A DNA stretch of 64,000 nucleotides from an uncultured Desulfurococcales archaeon (GCA_964611985.1 CAZTBM010000008.1:3008-67007); one strand, 5' to 3'; counted from the first letter of the stretch, positions 1 through 9,170 are shown. Numbers and translations are program-made. The notes: a model not told the origin generated them from the letters alone.

Positions 1-59
1 TTATAACACTGGGTAATGTAACATTAGCTAAGGAGCTAGCAAAACATGCTAAGCAATAA
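1..59 (+). CDS. 3' end of a gene entering from the left edge (unidentified)
   Basis: Open frame from position 3 reading ITLGNVTLAKELAKHAKQ* to TAA at 57-59; too short to identify. Confidence 0.3.
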   Translation, partial: ITLGNVTLAKELAKHAKQ

Positions 60-86
60 TCCTAACCAATTTTACTTCTATTATGT

Positions 87-100
87 GAAAAAGTTATAAT
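87..100 (+). promoter_or_regulatory. BRE/TATA promoter of the C/D sRNA
   Basis: GAAAAA (87-92) followed by TTATAA (94-99), about 25 nt upstream of the sRNA 5' end. Confidence 0.55.
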
Positions 101-120
101 GTTCAGAGTTCTATAAGACA

Positions 121-184
121 AAATGGATGATGACTACACACCCTTTGACCGATAGGATGAGTTAAGTGGCCAGGGCTGACATTT
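121..184 (+). ncRNA. box C/D methylation-guide sRNA
   Basis: C box ATGATGA 127-133, D' CCGA 149-152, C' AGGATGA 154-160, D CTGA 176-179, two 15-nt guide regions, terminal stem AAATG(121-125)/CATTT(180-184). Confidence 0.85.
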
Positions 185-250
185 ACCATTTCTAGATATT
201 TTAAGTTAAAAAGAAAAAGAACCCAAGACGTTAACTTAAAGTCCATACAT

Positions 251-748
251 TTATCCGTAGGTTTCATTGTGAACTAATTTCTCTAGCGGCTTCCTTGGTT
301 TTGGCTCCGGTTTTTCATCTGGATATCCTAAGGCGATAATGCAGAGAAGGAATTTGTTCTCCGGTATTTTGAGTATTCTCTTCATTTCTGAATGGTCTAG
401 TGCATTAATCCATACTGCTCCTAGCCCTAGGGCATGTGCTGCTAGTAGAATATACATTGTTGCACATGCTCCATCAATCATATGAGTGTTAGGGCTTATT
501 GAAGGATCAGTTATTACGGCTATAGCGGCAGTAGCGCCTTCTAAGGGTTTTGAAGCTAATCCTCTGGTCTTACTTAGCTTTTTAATAGTATCTTTATCCG
601 TTATTATTATGAATTCCCATGGCTGAGAATTCCTCGCACTAGGCGCATATCGTGCCACATCTACTATTTTTAGTAAGGTCTCTTTTGGTATCGGTTCCGG
701 CTTAAACTTTCTAATAGATCTTCTAGAGAGGAGAAACTCTATAGACAT
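251..748 (-). CDS. nitroreductase family protein
   Basis: RRSIRKF and APSARNSQPWEF motifs, GLGAVWI and LGYP at the C-terminus. Start taken at ATG 748 after GGGGT; the ORF track extends it to 778. Confidence 0.9.
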   Translation of the reverse strand: MSIEFLLSRRSIRKFKPEPIPKETLLKIVDVARYAPSARNSQPWEFIIITDKDTIKKLSKTRGLASKPLEGATAAIAVITDPSISPNTHMIDGACATMYILLAAHALGLGAVWINALDHSEMKRILKIPENKFLLCIIALGYPDEKPEPKPRKPLEKLVHNETYG

Positions 749-827
749 GACCCCACTCACCGTTACCACATCTATCAAGGTAACGTTTAATATCTTTAAT
801 CTTCTATAGTGAATATGTGGTGTCTTT

Positions 828-2264
828 GTGAATAGACGTTTGTGGCGTCACCCTATTCTAGAGTTTAAACGTGGACGTAAGCTACGATTCTACTTTGAGG
901 ATAAGGAGATAGAGGGATATGAGGGAGAATGTATTGCTGCAGCACTCTACGCTAACGGTATTGATGCATTCTCTTATTCTAAGAGGTTTAGTAGGCCTCG
1001 TGGACCATTCTGTATGATTGGTAAGTGTAGCTCATGCTTCATGATAGTTGATGGGGTACCTAATGTTAGAGTTTGCCGAGAACCAGTTAGAGAAGGTGTT
1101 CGTGTTTGCAGACAGAAGGGGCTAAGTGATGTACCAGATGTCAAGGAGGTTTTTGAGTCAGCTGAAGAAACACTAGAAGCAGACCTCCTAGTTATTGGCT
1201 CTGGTCCGGCAGGACTTTCTGCAGCAATCAAAGCTGCAGATTATGGTCTAAACGTGGTGCTTGTCGATGAACATTTTCGTCTTGGGGGGCAGCTTGTTAA
1301 GCAGACACATAAGTTCTTTGGTTCAGAAGAATTATTTGGTGGTCTTAGAGGGTTTCAAATAGCTGAAGCTCTATCAAAGAAGGTTAGAGAGAAGAGTAAT
1401 ATCAAGGTACTTGCTGAGACCATAGCATTTGGCATCTTTAGGGATTTATGGGTTGGGCTTGCATGTAAAAGAGAGAATAAGGTATACCGTGTGAAGGCAA
1501 AGAACATACTTGTATCAACAGGTGCTTCAGAAAACTACCTTGCATTCCCAGGCAACGACCTCATTGGTGTTATGGGTGCTGGTGGTGTACAAACGTTAAT
1601 GAATGAGTATGGTGTTAAACCTGGAGAAGAAGCAGTAATAATTGGCTCTGGAAATGTTGGCTTGATTCTTGCCTATCAACTGTTACAGGCTGGCGTTAAG
1701 GTCCATGCCATAGCCGAAATAGCCCCAACTATTGGCGGATGGTTTGTCCATGCAGCCAAAATTAGAAGATACGGTGTACCAATACTTATAAGGCATAGCG
1801 TTAAGGAGGCCCGTGGCAAAGAGAGAGTTGAAGAAGTAATCTTAATAGAATTTGATGAAAAATACAATCCAATACCAGGCACTGAGAAGGTGTACAGATG
1901 CGACCTTTTAGTGTTGGCTGTCGGTTTAACACCTGATACTAGACTACTAGCACAATTAGGAGTAAAAATGGCTTGGGTTCCAGAGCTGGGAGGATACGTA
2001 CCTTACAGGACAAAGTATATGGAAACTAGCATTCCAGGAGTCTTTGTTGCAGGTGATGCTGCTGGTATAGAGGAGGCAAGTACAGCTATGATTGAAGGTG
2101 CAATAGCAGCGTTAACAGCTGTTCTTAGAGTTAAAGGTGATATTGAGAAAGCTCGTAAAGAGAGAGAAGAATTGTTAAAGTTCCTTAATGAGCTAAGGAA
2201 AGCTGATGTAAGTGCTAGAGTTAGGGAAGGATTAAGAAAGATAATAGTTGAAGAGGTGAAGTGA
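828..2264 (+). CDS. dye-linked L-proline dehydrogenase / sarcosine oxidase-type alpha subunit (2Fe-2S + FAD/NAD-binding)
   Basis: N-terminal RPRGPFCMIGKCSSCFM...C 2Fe-2S motif, GSGPAGLSAA and GSGNVG Rossmann motifs, VFVAGD. Confidence 0.85.
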   Translation: MNRRLWRHPILEFKRGRKLRFYFEDKEIEGYEGECIAAALYANGIDAFSYSKRFSRPRGPFCMIGKCSSCFMIVDGVPNVRVCREPVREGVRVCRQKGLSDVPDVKEVFESAEETLEADLLVIGSGPAGLSAAIKAADYGLNVVLVDEHFRLGGQLVKQTHKFFGSEELFGGLRGFQIAEALSKKVREKSNIKVLAETIAFGIFRDLWVGLACKRENKVYRVKAKNILVSTGASENYLAFPGNDLIGVMGAGGVQTLMNEYGVKPGEEAVIIGSGNVGLILAYQLLQAGVKVHAIAEIAPTIGGWFVHAAKIRRYGVPILIRHSVKEARGKERVEEVILIEFDEKYNPIPGTEKVYRCDLLVLAVGLTPDTRLLAQLGVKMAWVPELGGYVPYRTKYMETSIPGVFVAGDAAGIEEASTAMIEGAIAALTAVLRVKGDIEKARKEREELLKFLNELRKADVSARVREGLRKIIVEEVK

Positions 2265-2267
2265 ACC

Positions 2268-2768
2268 ATGAAGAACATTCTTCAAGGAATACTTGAAAGA
2301 GGGTACATTACAACAGAGGAACTAAGGAAATTAGGATACATACCACCTGATGATAGGTTGAAAAAAGGGCCCGTTGCCATTATTGAGTGTCCTCAAGAAA
2401 TACCATGCAATATATGTGTTGGAGCTTGTCCCTTTAAGGCGATCGAGATGGAAAATATAACAGCTCTTCCAAAGATAAATTGGGATAAATGTATAGGTTG
2501 CACACTATGTGTGGCAGTATGCCCTGGTTTAGCAATATTCGTTGTAGACCTAAGTAGAAATGATGGTAAAGCTCATGTAACTATTCCTCATGAGTTTCTA
2601 CCGAAAATCAATATTGGTGATGAAGTTTACCTATTAAATCGTAAAGGAGAAAGAGTTGGCATAGGAAGGGCGATTAGAGTTTATGAGAGAAATAAAACTC
2701 AAGTTGTTACTGTTGAAGTACCAAGAGAACTAGCCTTGGAGGTTAAGGCAATATGGAAGAAAGAGTAG
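2268..2768 (+). CDS. 4Fe-4S ferredoxin subunit of the proline dehydrogenase-type complex
   Basis: CPQEIPCNICVGACP and CIGCTLCVAVCP clusters; second gene of the four-gene operon. Confidence 0.85.
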   Translation: MKNILQGILERGYITTEELRKLGYIPPDDRLKKGPVAIIECPQEIPCNICVGACPFKAIEMENITALPKINWDKCIGCTLCVAVCPGLAIFVVDLSRNDGKAHVTIPHEFLPKINIGDEVYLLNRKGERVGIGRAIRVYERNKTQVVTVEVPRELALEVKAIWKKE

Positions 2769-3058
2769 ATAAGAGTAAAATAATAATTTGTAGATGTGAA
2801 GATGTAACATTAGAAGATGTTGAAAAACTCATAGAGAAGGGTGTAACGGATTTAGAGACCATCAAGAGGCTGCTAAGGATAGGTATGGGCCCGTGTCAGG
2901 GTAGAACATGTATTCCATTACTCATAAGAATTCTCTCAAGAAAGTTGAGAAAGAGACCAGAAGAACTACTCATACCACAAGTTAGACCACCTATAGTACC
3001 ACTACCATTAGGATTATTCTTAACCAAAGAAGAGGAGGATGGGAAGAGTGAAGGCTAA
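2753..3058 (+). CDS. BFD-like 2Fe-2S small subunit
   Basis: IICRCEDVT and RIGMGPCQGRTC motifs, RPP at the C-terminus. Confidence 0.85.
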   Translation: MEERVDKSKIIICRCEDVTLEDVEKLIEKGVTDLETIKRLLRIGMGPCQGRTCIPLLIRILSRKLRKRPEELLIPQVRPPIVPLPLGLFLTKEEEDGKSEG

Positions 3059-4181
3059 CGTAGTCATTATTGGTGGTGGTATTACAGGCATTTCAATAGC
3101 GTATTGGCTAGTAAAGATGGGTATAAAAGACATTATAGTATTTGAGGAATCATATCTTGGTAGTGGTTCAACATTCAAGTGTGCAACAGGTATAAGAGCA
3201 TCATTTACTACTGAAGAGCATATCGTGTTAATGAAATATAGTATTGACTTATGGAAGAAGCTCTCAGAAGAACATGGGTTTCCGTACCTTAGAGGGGGCT
3301 ATTTATGGCTACTAACGAGTGAAGAGCAGGTCAAGAGGTTCGAGAAGATACGTGAATATCAGAACTCATTAGGTGTACCAACGCGATTGATTAGTGTAGA
3401 GGAAATAAAAAGGATTGTTCCATCAATTCGCGAGAACGGGCTTATAGCAGCCTTACATGATCCACTAGCTGGTAAGGCATGTCCGTTCGAAGCATTACAC
3501 TCTCTTGCGGGCTATATCAAGGCTCATGGAGGTAAGATTTACACTAATACGAAAGTTGATGAGATGATAGTCAGCCATGGTGAAGTAAAAGGCGTTAAAG
3601 TAAGTAATGGCATAGTTGAGTCTTCAACTGTTGTAATAGCAGCAGGCTATAAATCAAGAGAGGTAGCTTCCACTGCTGGCTTGGACTTACCGCTACATAA
3701 TTTACCCAGACACATTATAATAACCGAGTCTTACAATAGACTATTTGACCCGTTACTTATCAACGTGGCTACAGGGGATTACATAGTACAAACCTTTGAT
3801 GGAGGATTTATAATGGGGGTAAACCTTACAGAGGAACATGATATACCCTTGACGCCTAGGATGGAATGTTTAAATAAGGCAGTGAAGATCTGGGTTAAGT
3901 ACTTCCCATGGCTAACTAGGGTTCATGTATTAAGGTACTGGATGGGATACTATGTTATGAGTCCTGATCACCATCCAATTCTTGGTCCAGTAGATGAAAT
4001 TAAAGGTCTATACTTAGCTGTTGGTTTTAGTGGACATGGTTTCATGATGGCTCCAATTGTGGGTAAAGTATTAGCTGAGTGGATTATTACTGGTAAACCT
4101 TCAGTGAAGCAAGCTGAAAACTTAACACTAAAGAGAATAGAGGAGGGCAGGTTAATACATGAAACTGCAGTTTTCGGTTAA
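3039..4181 (+). CDS. FAD-dependent oxidoreductase (DAO family), proline dehydrogenase/sarcosine oxidase beta subunit
   Basis: IIGGGITG, GSGSTFKCATG, SPDHHPILG and GFSGHGFMMAP motifs. Confidence 0.9.
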   Translation: MGRVKANVVIIGGGITGISIAYWLVKMGIKDIIVFEESYLGSGSTFKCATGIRASFTTEEHIVLMKYSIDLWKKLSEEHGFPYLRGGYLWLLTSEEQVKRFEKIREYQNSLGVPTRLISVEEIKRIVPSIRENGLIAALHDPLAGKACPFEALHSLAGYIKAHGGKIYTNTKVDEMIVSHGEVKGVKVSNGIVESSTVVIAAGYKSREVASTAGLDLPLHNLPRHIIITESYNRLFDPLLINVATGDYIVQTFDGGFIMGVNLTEEHDIPLTPRMECLNKAVKIWVKYFPWLTRVHVLRYWMGYYVMSPDHHPILGPVDEIKGLYLAVGFSGHGFMMAPIVGKVLAEWIITGKPSVKQAENLTLKRIEEGRLIHETAVFG

Positions 4182-4195
4182 ATCCCTTTATTTAA

Positions 4196-5572
4196 TTACT
4201 CGACTTTTACTAGCGGTCTGCCAACACCTACATATAGTGATCCTTTAGGTGTAAATTTAGGATTGAGTGCGTGAACAGCATCAACAACACATATTCTATC
4301 TTTACCAGATAGATCTCTAAGATATTCGGCTGTTAACTTACGGTATAAAGAGTGCTTTGTTAGGATAGCTACTATATCAGCGTCTTTAACTGCTTCTGAG
4401 AGGTCACTAGTTAATTTAAGTCCTAATTCTCCAACAACAATATCATTCTTTACGAATGGATCATGAACAACAATATTCTTTATACCACTCTTAGCTAAAC
4501 CTCTCAAAATATCATGTACAGGTGTAACTCTAGAGTCTCCAATATCACCTCTAAAAGCTAAACCTAAAATAGCAATCTTGACATCGTTGTAATTTAATTT
4601 TAACTCTTTAATTACATCCAGTATGAGCTTGACCACGTATTCTGGTTGTTCCTCATTGATTCTTCTTGCAGTAATAGTTAACTCTAACGGTATGCCATTT
4701 GATACAGCAGAGTATAACATGAGGTAGGGGTAAACAGGTATACAATAGCCGCCAACACCTGATCCGGTGTCATGAAGATGACAATATGGCTGTGAGTTAG
4801 CTGCGATCTTCACTTCCTCATAATCAACGCCAAGTTTTTGAGCCAATCGTGCTAGCTCATTAGCTAATGCAATATTAACATCCCGATATATTCCTTCAGC
4901 CAATTTTTCAAACTCAGCAACTGTAGGGTTAGATACGACTATAACTCCTCTTTTAGCTATTCTCTCATAAAGTGCTTTAGCGACTTCGCTGCTCCTTGGA
5001 CCAACTCCTCCAACGATCTTAGGGTAAGCTTCTTCGATATCTCTAACTGCATGTCCTACCATTACTCTTTCAGGGCTATAAGCTAGGCCAAAGTCTTCTT
5101 CAGCCTTAAGCCCACTTATAGATTCCAGTAATGGCTTAATTCTATACATTGTTGTTCCTGGAGGAAGACTTGTCTCAATAATGACCATATCTCCCCTCTT
5201 TAAGCCTCTGGCTATACTTGTAACCGCACTATCTATGGCTGTGAAGTCAGGCTCCTTACTTTTAGTTAACAATAATGGAACAATAACTATCTTTATATCT
5301 GAATTCTTTGAAGCATTGACTCCATCAGTAGTTGCTTTAAATCTACCCTCCCTTACAGCTTTCTGTATGGTTTCTTTCACAACGATTTCAGGATGGTCAA
5401 CTATTCCCTCATTAAGGTGGTCTACCTTACTATCGTTAATATCGACTCCTATAACTCTAGCACCAGCTCTTAGCCATACAGCAGTTATAGCTAAACCTAC
5501 ACCACCTAAACCATAAACAGAGACACATAGATTCCCTGAAGCTAATAGATCCTTTATTTCCCTACATTCCAT
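4196..5572 (-). CDS. nucleotide-sugar dehydrogenase (UDP-ManNAc/GlcNAc dehydrogenase family)
   Basis: VYGLGGVG, IETSLPPGTT, YSPERVMVG, GVGGYCIP, LGLAFRGD. Start ATG 5572 preferred; the ORF track gives GTG 5617. Confidence 0.88.
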   Translation of the reverse strand: MECREIKDLLASGNLCVSVYGLGGVGLAITAVWLRAGARVIGVDINDSKVDHLNEGIVDHPEIVVKETIQKAVREGRFKATTDGVNASKNSDIKIVIVPLLLTKSKEPDFTAIDSAVTSIARGLKRGDMVIIETSLPPGTTMYRIKPLLESISGLKAEEDFGLAYSPERVMVGHAVRDIEEAYPKIVGGVGPRSSEVAKALYERIAKRGVIVVSNPTVAEFEKLAEGIYRDVNIALANELARLAQKLGVDYEEVKIAANSQPYCHLHDTGSGVGGYCIPVYPYLMLYSAVSNGIPLELTITARRINEEQPEYVVKLILDVIKELKLNYNDVKIAILGLAFRGDIGDSRVTPVHDILRGLAKSGIKNIVVHDPFVKNDIVVGELGLKLTSDLSEAVKDADIVAILTKHSLYRKLTAEYLRDLSGKDRICVVDAVHALNPKFTPKGSLYVGVGRPLVKVE

Positions 5573-5711
5573 AAAAAATACTCCCTTACCCTCAGCATTC
5601 AAAGTCGTTTCCCTCACATTCCTATATTAGCTTCGTAAATCTAAAGGCTGTAGGTAGAAATAAATGTTTTATTTTTCGGGATAACCATATACACAATAAG
5701 GGATAGAGTAA

Positions 5712-6665
5712 ATGATATATGAAATTAGAAAGGTACAGGAAATAGGAAATTCACTCTACATAGCGTTACCCAAGGAGTGGGTTAGGAAATTAAAGCTTAA
5801 GAAAGGAAGTTTAGTAAGGCTATCTATAGATCCTAGAGGAGCTCTCATAGTAACGCCCATAGATATAGAGCTCGAAAAATCTTCCGAAATAATACTGGAT
5901 GTCTCTAGATTTCCTAACTTAACTAGAGCTATAGTAAGATCTTACCTCTTAGGCTATGATATTATTAGAGTATACTCAAGGAATGGTATAACCTTGGAGC
6001 ATAAGGATGCAGCTAGAAAAGCATGCTCAATACTTCTAGGTTTAGGAGTAATTGATGAAAGAAAAGATATGCTTACACTACAAGTATTCACAACAACTAG
6101 AATTGAACTAGAGGAGCTAATATACAAAGTCAACACCATAGCCATATCAATGTACACTGACCTTTATAATACGCTAAAGAAGCCATTAAAAGAAATGTTA
6201 CATTCAATAATTAGTCGCGATGAAACATTAGATAAACTATACTTCTATGGTGTTAGAGTTATAAGAGGATATATGAAGTCATATCATCCTAAAATATCAT
6301 CAATAAAACTTCTAACATATAGATTATTGTTAAAGAACTTAGAGGAAATAGGTGACCAAGCAAAGAAGACTGCAAAAGTTATGCTAAACTATGTAAGATT
6401 AAATAACAACATCGTTGATAGAATTAGGGAGGAAACGGAATTATTCGAGGATTTCATTAAGAGGCTAAGTCACCTTCACAATATAGCATTTAAGGCGGTT
6501 CTAACAGAAGATTATGTTAAAGCAGAAAAATGTTTCATAGAATATGGGTTACTAAGATCATTATTAATAGACTCTCTTAGGAAGTGTTCGAAGGAGACAC
6601 GAAATATTATGAGAGGCTATCGTAGTATTCTCGATCTTGTGGGTGACATAGTGGATCTTGTTTAA
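5712..6665 (+). CDS. AbrB-domain / PhoU-repeat phosphate uptake regulator
   Basis: N-terminal RKVQEIGNSLYIALPKEWV AbrB motif, SRDETLDKLY and LEEIGDQA PhoU-type motifs. Confidence 0.8.
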   Translation: MIYEIRKVQEIGNSLYIALPKEWVRKLKLKKGSLVRLSIDPRGALIVTPIDIELEKSSEIILDVSRFPNLTRAIVRSYLLGYDIIRVYSRNGITLEHKDAARKACSILLGLGVIDERKDMLTLQVFTTTRIELEELIYKVNTIAISMYTDLYNTLKKPLKEMLHSIISRDETLDKLYFYGVRVIRGYMKSYHPKISSIKLLTYRLLLKNLEEIGDQAKKTAKVMLNYVRLNNNIVDRIREETELFEDFIKRLSHLHNIAFKAVLTEDYVKAEKCFIEYGLLRSLLIDSLRKCSKETRNIMRGYRSILDLVGDIVDLV

Positions 6666-6732
6666 ACAGTTTAAACCATATATAACATAATATTTAAATT
6701 CCAAAAATATCACCTTAAATTTGGTGTCATTA

Positions 6733-7464
6733 ATGAAGCCTAGGGATATTGCAGCATCGGCTCTCTGTGCAGCATTATATGCCGTAATAGGGTATATGAG
6801 CTACCTAGGTATATTTACTCCAGCTATTGGTGTCGTAAGATTCTGGCCATCAGTATTTATACCTGCATCATTTGCCATCATCTACGGGCCACTAGTTGGT
6901 GCTTTAGGAGCTGCAGTCGGAATATTCATTAGTGATATGTTGATTCATGGTAATGCACTATTAAGTTTAAGTGTAGGTGTACCAGCAAATTTCATAGGAT
7001 TCTATATTGTAGGCTATCTAGTCTTAAAGCTTAAAGAGAAAGGGGACAGTATAGTATGGGTTATAGCAGTAGGTTTAGAACTGTTAATAATAGCACTTCT
7101 AGTCTTTTTAGCATCTATTGTATTAGGTCTAATGAGTTACGATGTAGCAGTTGCCTATGCCATAGGGTTAGTGGTAACAGCATTGGCTATCGTAATATAT
7201 ACCATAGGTAGAAGGAAAACACCATACGCACCACTATTAACCTTCTCGTGTAGTACAGGACTACTAGTAGGCTCAATAATCATTGGGTTAGGTGTCTGGC
7301 TATTCAGCCAGTACTTTGTACTACCAAGTGGCGCTAGATCTCTAGCACCAGAGGCTGTACTCTTATGGATGTTATGGGTATATGTAACTGAAATACCATT
7401 CATGATAGCTTTAACACCAATAACAGTTAATATAGCTCAAAGAATGAAAATAAGTCAAATTTAA
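6733..7464 (+). CDS. ECF transporter S component
   Basis: Hydrophobic multi-TM protein with VRFWPSVFIPASFAIIYGPLVGALGAAVGIFISD, typical of S components. Confidence 0.75.
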   Translation: MKPRDIAASALCAALYAVIGYMSYLGIFTPAIGVVRFWPSVFIPASFAIIYGPLVGALGAAVGIFISDMLIHGNALLSLSVGVPANFIGFYIVGYLVLKLKEKGDSIVWVIAVGLELLIIALLVFLASIVLGLMSYDVAVAYAIGLVVTALAIVIYTIGRRKTPYAPLLTFSCSTGLLVGSIIIGLGVWLFSQYFVLPSGARSLAPEAVLLWMLWVYVTEIPFMIALTPITVNIAQRMKISQI

Positions 7465-7519
7465 CAGGATAAAGTTACTATAATTCTTAACCACATATCT
7501 TAATAGTTCCATTGGAGGG

Positions 7520-8425
7520 ATGTTCTTGAAGGGTTATGCTAAAGCATTTTCACCAGCTGGTGTATCTGGGTTCTTTATACCTCATGTCCGTGATTCCCCT
7601 TTAGTCTCTGGAGCTCAGGGAGGAGGTATAGCTCTCAAGAAGGGTGTTTATGTTGAGGTAACAGTCGAGGATAGTGATAGAACTGAGATAACCACTCTAG
7701 TTAACGGATATGTAAGAGACATGTTTGTAGCACGTAGAGTATGTGAGAGACTACTAGAGAGAGTTAATGAAGAGTATAAAGTGATTGTGAACCAGAAAAT
7801 AGAGGTTCCAATGGGAGGAGGGTTTGGTACAAGTGGTGCAAGTGCTATTGCTACAGGATTAGCATTGGCACGGGCATTAAACTTAAAATTAACATACCTT
7901 GATGTAGCTAGGGAAGCACATATAGTGGAAATTGAATGCGGCACGGGACTAGGAACAATATCAGGGCTTGTTGTTGGAGGGTTCGTTATAGTCTTAGAGC
8001 CTGGTCCCCCAGGATTAGACAAAGTTGACAGAATAATTGTTGGTGACGACTATAGAGTTGTTTTAGGATTCTTTAAGTCTATGAGCAAAACCGACATAAT
8101 AAGAAAAATAAATTTAATGAAAGTATATGTTGAAGGTTATAAGACGTTGAAAAAGATCATAAACAATCCGACATCTAAAACTTTCATGGATTGCTGTTGG
8201 GAGTTTGCTAAAAATATAGGTGTAACTACAGTCAATACTGTACGTGCCGTTAAGGCTCTCTCAAAGCTAAATGTAGTCGGCGTGTCACAAGCTATGATAG
8301 GGGACTCAGTATTTGTCTTAGCTTATCCTGAAGACGTAGAGAATATTACTTCTATACTAAGATCCTTAGGGGCACAGGTTGTCGTATCTGAGATATCCTT
8401 CGAACCAGCTCATGTAGTCAAGTAG
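7520..8425 (+). CDS. pantoate kinase (archaeal GHMP kinase)
   Basis: FSPAGVSGFF and GAQGGG N-terminus, PMGGGFGTSGA GHMP motif, AHIVEIECGTGLGTI, AMIGDSVF. Confidence 0.8.
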   Translation: MFLKGYAKAFSPAGVSGFFIPHVRDSPLVSGAQGGGIALKKGVYVEVTVEDSDRTEITTLVNGYVRDMFVARRVCERLLERVNEEYKVIVNQKIEVPMGGGFGTSGASAIATGLALARALNLKLTYLDVAREAHIVEIECGTGLGTISGLVVGGFVIVLEPGPPGLDKVDRIIVGDDYRVVLGFFKSMSKTDIIRKINLMKVYVEGYKTLKKIINNPTSKTFMDCCWEFAKNIGVTTVNTVRAVKALSKLNVVGVSQAMIGDSVFVLAYPEDVENITSILRSLGAQVVVSEISFEPAHVVK

Positions 8426-8441
8426 TACGGTATAATTAATG

Positions 8442-8843
8442 TTAGGTTTCCTTCACAATTATTGGGGTAATGCTTATAATGCCTCTAATGGCATTGAGTC
8501 GTGCATGTAAATTCTTGATGTCTGATATGTTGCCTCTTACAACGATTAACTGAAGACACCGCTCCTTGGTCAAGTGTATATGTAGTGATGACACGACTAT
8601 ATTCAAATAGTCATGCTGAACGTCTGTGAGCTTTTCTTCAACACCTTGAGTCTCATGATTATATAGTACTGCTAATACACCAACAGCCTTCCCTATTTCA
8701 GTTCTCCAAGCAAGAGCTGAGATATAATACCTCAAGGCGTCTTGAACGAAGCGTGAACGACTAGTGTAACCCATATCCTTTACAAGTTTATCCACCTCAC
8801 CAACTAAATCCTCGGGTATCACAATACCTGTCTTCTTAGACAT
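8442..8843 (-). CDS. nikR: NikR-family ribbon-helix-helix regulator
   Basis: N-terminal RHH (IVIPEDL...SRSRFVQDALR), YNHE, QHDY and SSLHIHLTKERCLQ metal-binding motif. Confidence 0.8.
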   Translation of the reverse strand: MSKKTGIVIPEDLVGEVDKLVKDMGYTSRSRFVQDALRYYISALAWRTEIGKAVGVLAVLYNHETQGVEEKLTDVQHDYLNIVVSSLHIHLTKERCLQLIVVRGNISDIKNLHARLNAIRGIISITPIIVKET

Positions 8844-8989
8844 GATATCTACACCGTAGAATACTTTACGATAAAACTATATATTCTCTATTTTTAATTA
8901 CGGAAAATGTGTACAAATTTAAACTAGGTCTAGATTATTCGCTTATTTGAGTATTTAGGGTATTTTAGGAACTTTAGGTAACGCTATAC

Positions 8990-8997
8990 TTTTATAT
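8990..8997 (+). promoter_or_regulatory. TATA-like box upstream of the structured RNA candidate
   Basis: TTTTATAT about 20-30 nt before the GC-rich element. Confidence 0.4.
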
Positions 8998-9013
8998 CTG
9001 CATCTTCATTGTA

Positions 9014-9138
9014 GATGGTGAAGCCATCAGGCCTTCGCCGATGACGACACCCTCCTGTAAGACCGCCCAAGTGGTGGCGGTCAATGTAGCTCCCGATGAA
9101 CCACCGACAGGGATGAGGTGGTTGAGAGGGGGAAGCCT
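9014..9138 (+). ncRNA. GC-rich structured ncRNA candidate with multiple K-turn (C/D-like) motifs
   Basis: 75/125 G+C in an AT-rich intergenic region. Hairpins GATGG/CCATC, GACCGCC/GGCGGTC and ACCACC/GGTGGT; outer stem AGG-CTTC/GAAG-CCT; three GATGA motifs plus CCGA and TTGA D-like boxes. Confidence 0.7.
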
Positions 9139-9155
9139 ATGCAAGATTCCAAAAC

Positions 9156-9170
9156 ACTCATAATCCCCAA
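9156..9170 (+). repeat. 15-bp direct repeat copy 1 (ACTCATAATCCCCAA)
   Basis: Exact match to 11634-11648; both copies are preceded by AAGATTC. Confidence 0.5.

Noticed and set aside
9014-9138. Identity as SRP RNA, RNase P RNA, fluoride/TPP riboswitch or minus-strand H/ACA RNA
   Set aside because: It lacks the SRP54-binding CAGG..GGAA..AGCAG domain, the RNase P GAGGAAAGUCC P4 strands and the fluoride pseudoknot pairing. The minus-strand ACA triplets follow hairpins that are too short, and the K-turn motifs are on the plus strand.
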